The position numbers were made by a program, and so were the translations under genes. This document shows, in pieces, positions 9,224 to 12,144 of a stretch of DNA of 12,144 nt (position 1 is its first letter; every line of letters begins with the position of its first letter). This stretch comes from Utricularia gibba. Taxonomy: Eukaryota > Plantae > Magnoliophyta. The DNA lies in NCBI GenBank assembly GCA_002189035.1, contig NEEC01000403.1, positions 1 to 12,144 on the forward strand, written 5' to 3'. Under the pieces are notes generated by a model. The model worked only from the letters and a program-made list of their open reading frames with translations. It was not told where the DNA came from and ran no database searches.

Positions 9224-9693
9224 TGGAGAAAGATACCGATGCCTATTGTTGCTGTGATTTGAATATATGGGGATGCATGGAGATTAGACCAGCACTGATG
9301 CGCACGTCCATAGCACCATAAAGTCCATCCCATAACCTCTAACCAAGTACTTCACCATTCATGTATCGTCAAACGATACAAAGGGGGTACACTAGGAGAT
9401 TGAACTTGGGTCATAACACCAACAGGATCCCATACTTCTTAGTGTATCCTGTTGCTTTCTCTTATGATGTTCCATGGCAACATGGTGAGACGTACGCAGA
9501 GGAGTCACGAGTTCACTTCGTATACCTCGCACAGCTCCCCACACCCCACATTCGTTTTGTTACATAGTAAAGCACTACCTCACCATAATTTATTGGTATC
9601 GCTTAGGCAGTTGATCACGCCTTGCGAAATGCATACTTCATACCCCTCACCATGAGGATAGAGAGATCACTTGGTTAAGCAATTGGAAAAGCC
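9217..9693. repeat. Degenerate monomer fragment with internal deletion
   Basis: Resumes at monomer position ~317 (AATGGACTGGA), runs to ~617 (GAGTTCACT, 9517), then jumps to monomer position ~1532 (TCG...CACAGCTC) and ends GATCACTTGGTTAAGC...AAAGCC. Confidence 0.88.
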
Positions 9694-10192
9694 GTGTGCA
9701 CAAAACGTGAGTGTGTCCCGTATCCTAATGCCTTGACCTATATCTGATTGAGCGTTTTGCTAGTGCATCTTTACTAGTGTGGCCACTTTTCCATCCTGTC
9801 TACCAGTGCGATGCAATGTACAAAGTATGGGTGGTCGTCTTCTTTCAAGCATAGACACCAGTCTATCAGTGGCTGGTCTCTATTGTCAAACTCCCATGCT
9901 CTTGTAGGCGTTGACATCCATGCGCACTACCTCCTCTCTTTCTCCATTGCTGGACAGTTCTCACTAGCTTTACCATTATGTGGTGGTGTTTCGGACTTCT
10001 TAACGAATGGACTGGAGAATGAGACCAGTGGCCTATTGTTGCTCCCGTTTAAATACATGGGGATGTGTGGAGATTAGACAAGCACTGATGTGCAAGTCCA
10101 AAGCACCATAAAGTCCATCCCATGGCCTCTAAACAAGTACTTCACCATTCATGTATCGTCAAACGATACCAAGGGGGTACGCCTTGAGCAAT
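9694..10192. repeat. Degenerate monomer copy 5, left part
   Basis: Starts GTGTGCACAAAACGTGAGTGTGTCCCG and is colinear with monomer positions 1-~503 until the solo LTR at 10193. Confidence 0.9.
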
Positions 10193-10786
10193 TGATGAGC
10201 CCGAGAAGTGTATTTAAAGAATGATGAGAAGTTTGTCCAAGTGAACACATTAGATACAAAGATGATTCCACCAGGACCAATGACTAGAAGCAAGAGCAAA
10301 ATGCTTGAAGATACACTTAAGGCTCTACTCAATACAATTGGAATCAAACATGGGCTTGAAGACATCCCATCAAAAGAGCTCAACTACTTGAAGGTGGATT
10401 TACCTTAGAGCAATGGACTTGTTAGACTTTTCTATTTCATTTAGTTTGGGCCAAGTAATGTTAGAGCCCAATCCTAGAGTATAAATACTCTAGAGATATA
10501 CTCTTTCAGGACCTTTAGTCATTTCATGTATGTTGTGAGGATTCTCCTCTTCTTTGAATGCTTGAACACTCTTAACTTATCAAGCTTTGAGCTTGTGGTG
10601 TTCTAGGATTATCTCTTCCAATCCCTCTCTCTTTTCTGAAGTGTGGCTCCTAATTTTCTTTGTTTCGAAGTCTGGTTGCAAGAGATTCATTCTCTTGTGG
10701 GTAGACTTGGGTGGGTTCTCTTCTAAGCTTCAAAATCACCTCTTGTTCGTGGGTTACTAATCTCTATAGATTAGAGGGTCACATCA
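10193..10786 (+). mobile_element. 594-bp solo LTR of a second CRM family
   Basis: Termini TGATGAG...GTCACATCA, TSD GCAAT (10188-10192) / GCAAC (10787-10791), CR-motif-like GPMTRSKSK at 10274-10300, TATAAATA at 10480-10487. Confidence 0.9.
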
Positions 10787-10907
10787 GCAACGACATGGTT
10801 TATAACACCCAAAGGATCCCATAGTACTTGGTGTATCCTATTGCTTTCTCTCGTGATGTTCCATGGTATCATTGTGAAACGTGCACAAAGGATTCACGAG
10901 TTCACTC
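10787..10907. repeat. Degenerate monomer copy 5, right part
   Basis: Continues the monomer exactly where 10192 left off (GACATGGTTTATAACACC...GGATCCCATA...CACGAGTTCACTC), then fuses to copia gag. Confidence 0.88.
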
Positions 10908-11445
10908 TATGGTGGTTCTTGTTCATTCTATAGGTCATCACAAACTGTGAATAGCTATCAGGTAGTGAGGTAAGGATCAAGTCAATATTCATGTCCTTAT
11001 CCAACACAAAACCAAGAGATGACAACTTTTCAATGTAACTCAACATCAATGTTGCATGATCAGCAGCAGAATTTCCTTCTGCCAAGCGACAATTGAACAA
11101 CAGCTTTGATGTCGTGAATCTTTCAAGTCGTGAGTGCTCGCCAAACAGATTCTTGAGGTGTGTTATCATCTGTGGGCAAGTCATCGACTCACGCTGTTTT
11201 TGGAGATCAGGGCCATCTAAGCAAGCATGATACAGCAGATAAGCTCAGCATCATCTAGATACTTCTGATATGCATGCCGAACATCTTCAGCTGCATTAGC
11301 CCTGGGTTGTGCAGGAACATCTTGCTCAAGGATGTAAGCAATCTTCTCCGAGAACAATTCTCAGATTGCGGTGCCAATCAGTAAAATTCGAGCCAACCAA
11401 CTTGTTGGACTCTATAATGGATCTCAAATTCACGCCAGAAGACAT
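10908..11445 (-). pseudogene. gag: Copia gag (UBN2/Retrotran_gag_2-type), frameshifted and 3'-truncated
   Basis: MSSGVNLRSIIESNKLVGSNFTDWHRNLRIVL / IAYILEQDVPAQP...KYLDDAELICCIMLA* / PDLQKQRESMTCPQMITHLKNLFGE...YIEKLSSLGFVLDKDMNIDLILTSLPDSYSQFVMTYRMNK. Confidence 0.9.
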
Positions 11446-12144
11446 ATCTTCAACTTGAAGAAGAGAAAGCAAACACATCATGTAGTGTTCCTTAAATCAC
11501 ATGCAACTTGTCTTTATCAAATGTGATATACTTCCACTAGGTTTTTCGAGATGGCAGTCCCCTACTGACAAACGAGAAAATCACATTTTCTTAATGGGAC
11601 AGTGTCCCATTTCATTCATCTCCACCTTGACTGTAGCCAAAAAGCTTTAATGAATGAAACAGGTAGTCATCTCATGCCAATTGTATCTCTCATACAACCA
11701 TTGTATCATTGAGCCATCAACTCTTGATGTAAAAAACTATTTACCTCAACCTTTCTTCCAATTTTGCCAACCTTGGCTTTAGTCTGAATCTAATTCAGTT
11801 AATAAGTTGATAAAATCAGTTAAGAAAACCCACTCTGAATCTAATTCAATAATTCAAACATGTCATGTGTAGTGGAGAGCTTGACGGTAGCCAACAACTC
11901 TATGCACTAAAAATGTCTTTCGTTCTCCTTATGTCAGTGGAAGGAATAAGCTTAATTATTTAGTAGGGGATTTTTCCATAGGCAACACTTGCACCATGGA
12001 TATCGATATCCTATCACATAGGAATCATGACATCCATTGCCCTTTCGTGCATAACGCATCATATCCCTTTATTTTCACACATAATGAACGAAAATCCTAA
12101 TTGACCCTAGATGCCTTGGTCACAAATAAATTATTAAACATCAT
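10908..12144 (-). mobile_element. Truncated Angela-lineage Ty1/copia element (leader plus gag), extending beyond the window
   Basis: Angela-type gag at 10908-11445. The upstream ~700 bp is non-coding leader-like sequence; its assignment to the element is by adjacency and recall. No PBS or LTR is visible inside the window. Confidence 0.75.

Noticed and set aside
10208-10408. 66-aa ORF as a host gene
   Set aside because: Lies wholly inside the CRM solo LTR and is explained by the integrase CR-motif extension.

Overview
Plant (probably eudicot) heterochromatic DNA with no intact host gene. The backbone is a long-monomer tandem repeat: an ancestral unit of about 1.36 kb and a derived unit of about 1.81 kb. 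Copies lie at 1-1807 and 1808-3622 (nearly identical over their first ~1.48 kb), 3623-4860 (older, rearranged), and as fragments at 4861-5041, 9217-10192 and 10787-10907. The derived unit carries a 269-bp piece resembling the 5' end of an Angela/BARE-type Ty1-copia LTR. Several retroelements interrupt the repeat. (i) A minus-strand CRM-clade Ty3/gypsy element (5042-9223) with degenerate gag-protease, RT/RH/INT deleted, and a right-hand LTR that has a PPT plus integrase tail on one side and a PBS on the other. (ii) A 351-bp solo LTR nested in its pol with a perfect 5-bp TSD. (iii) A 594-bp solo LTR of a second CRM family. (iv) A truncated Angela-lineage copia (gag plus leader) at the right end. 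The picture fits the decaying edge of a recently homogenised, possibly centromeric, satellite array; that role is inferred, not shown. All coordinates and counts were read by eye.
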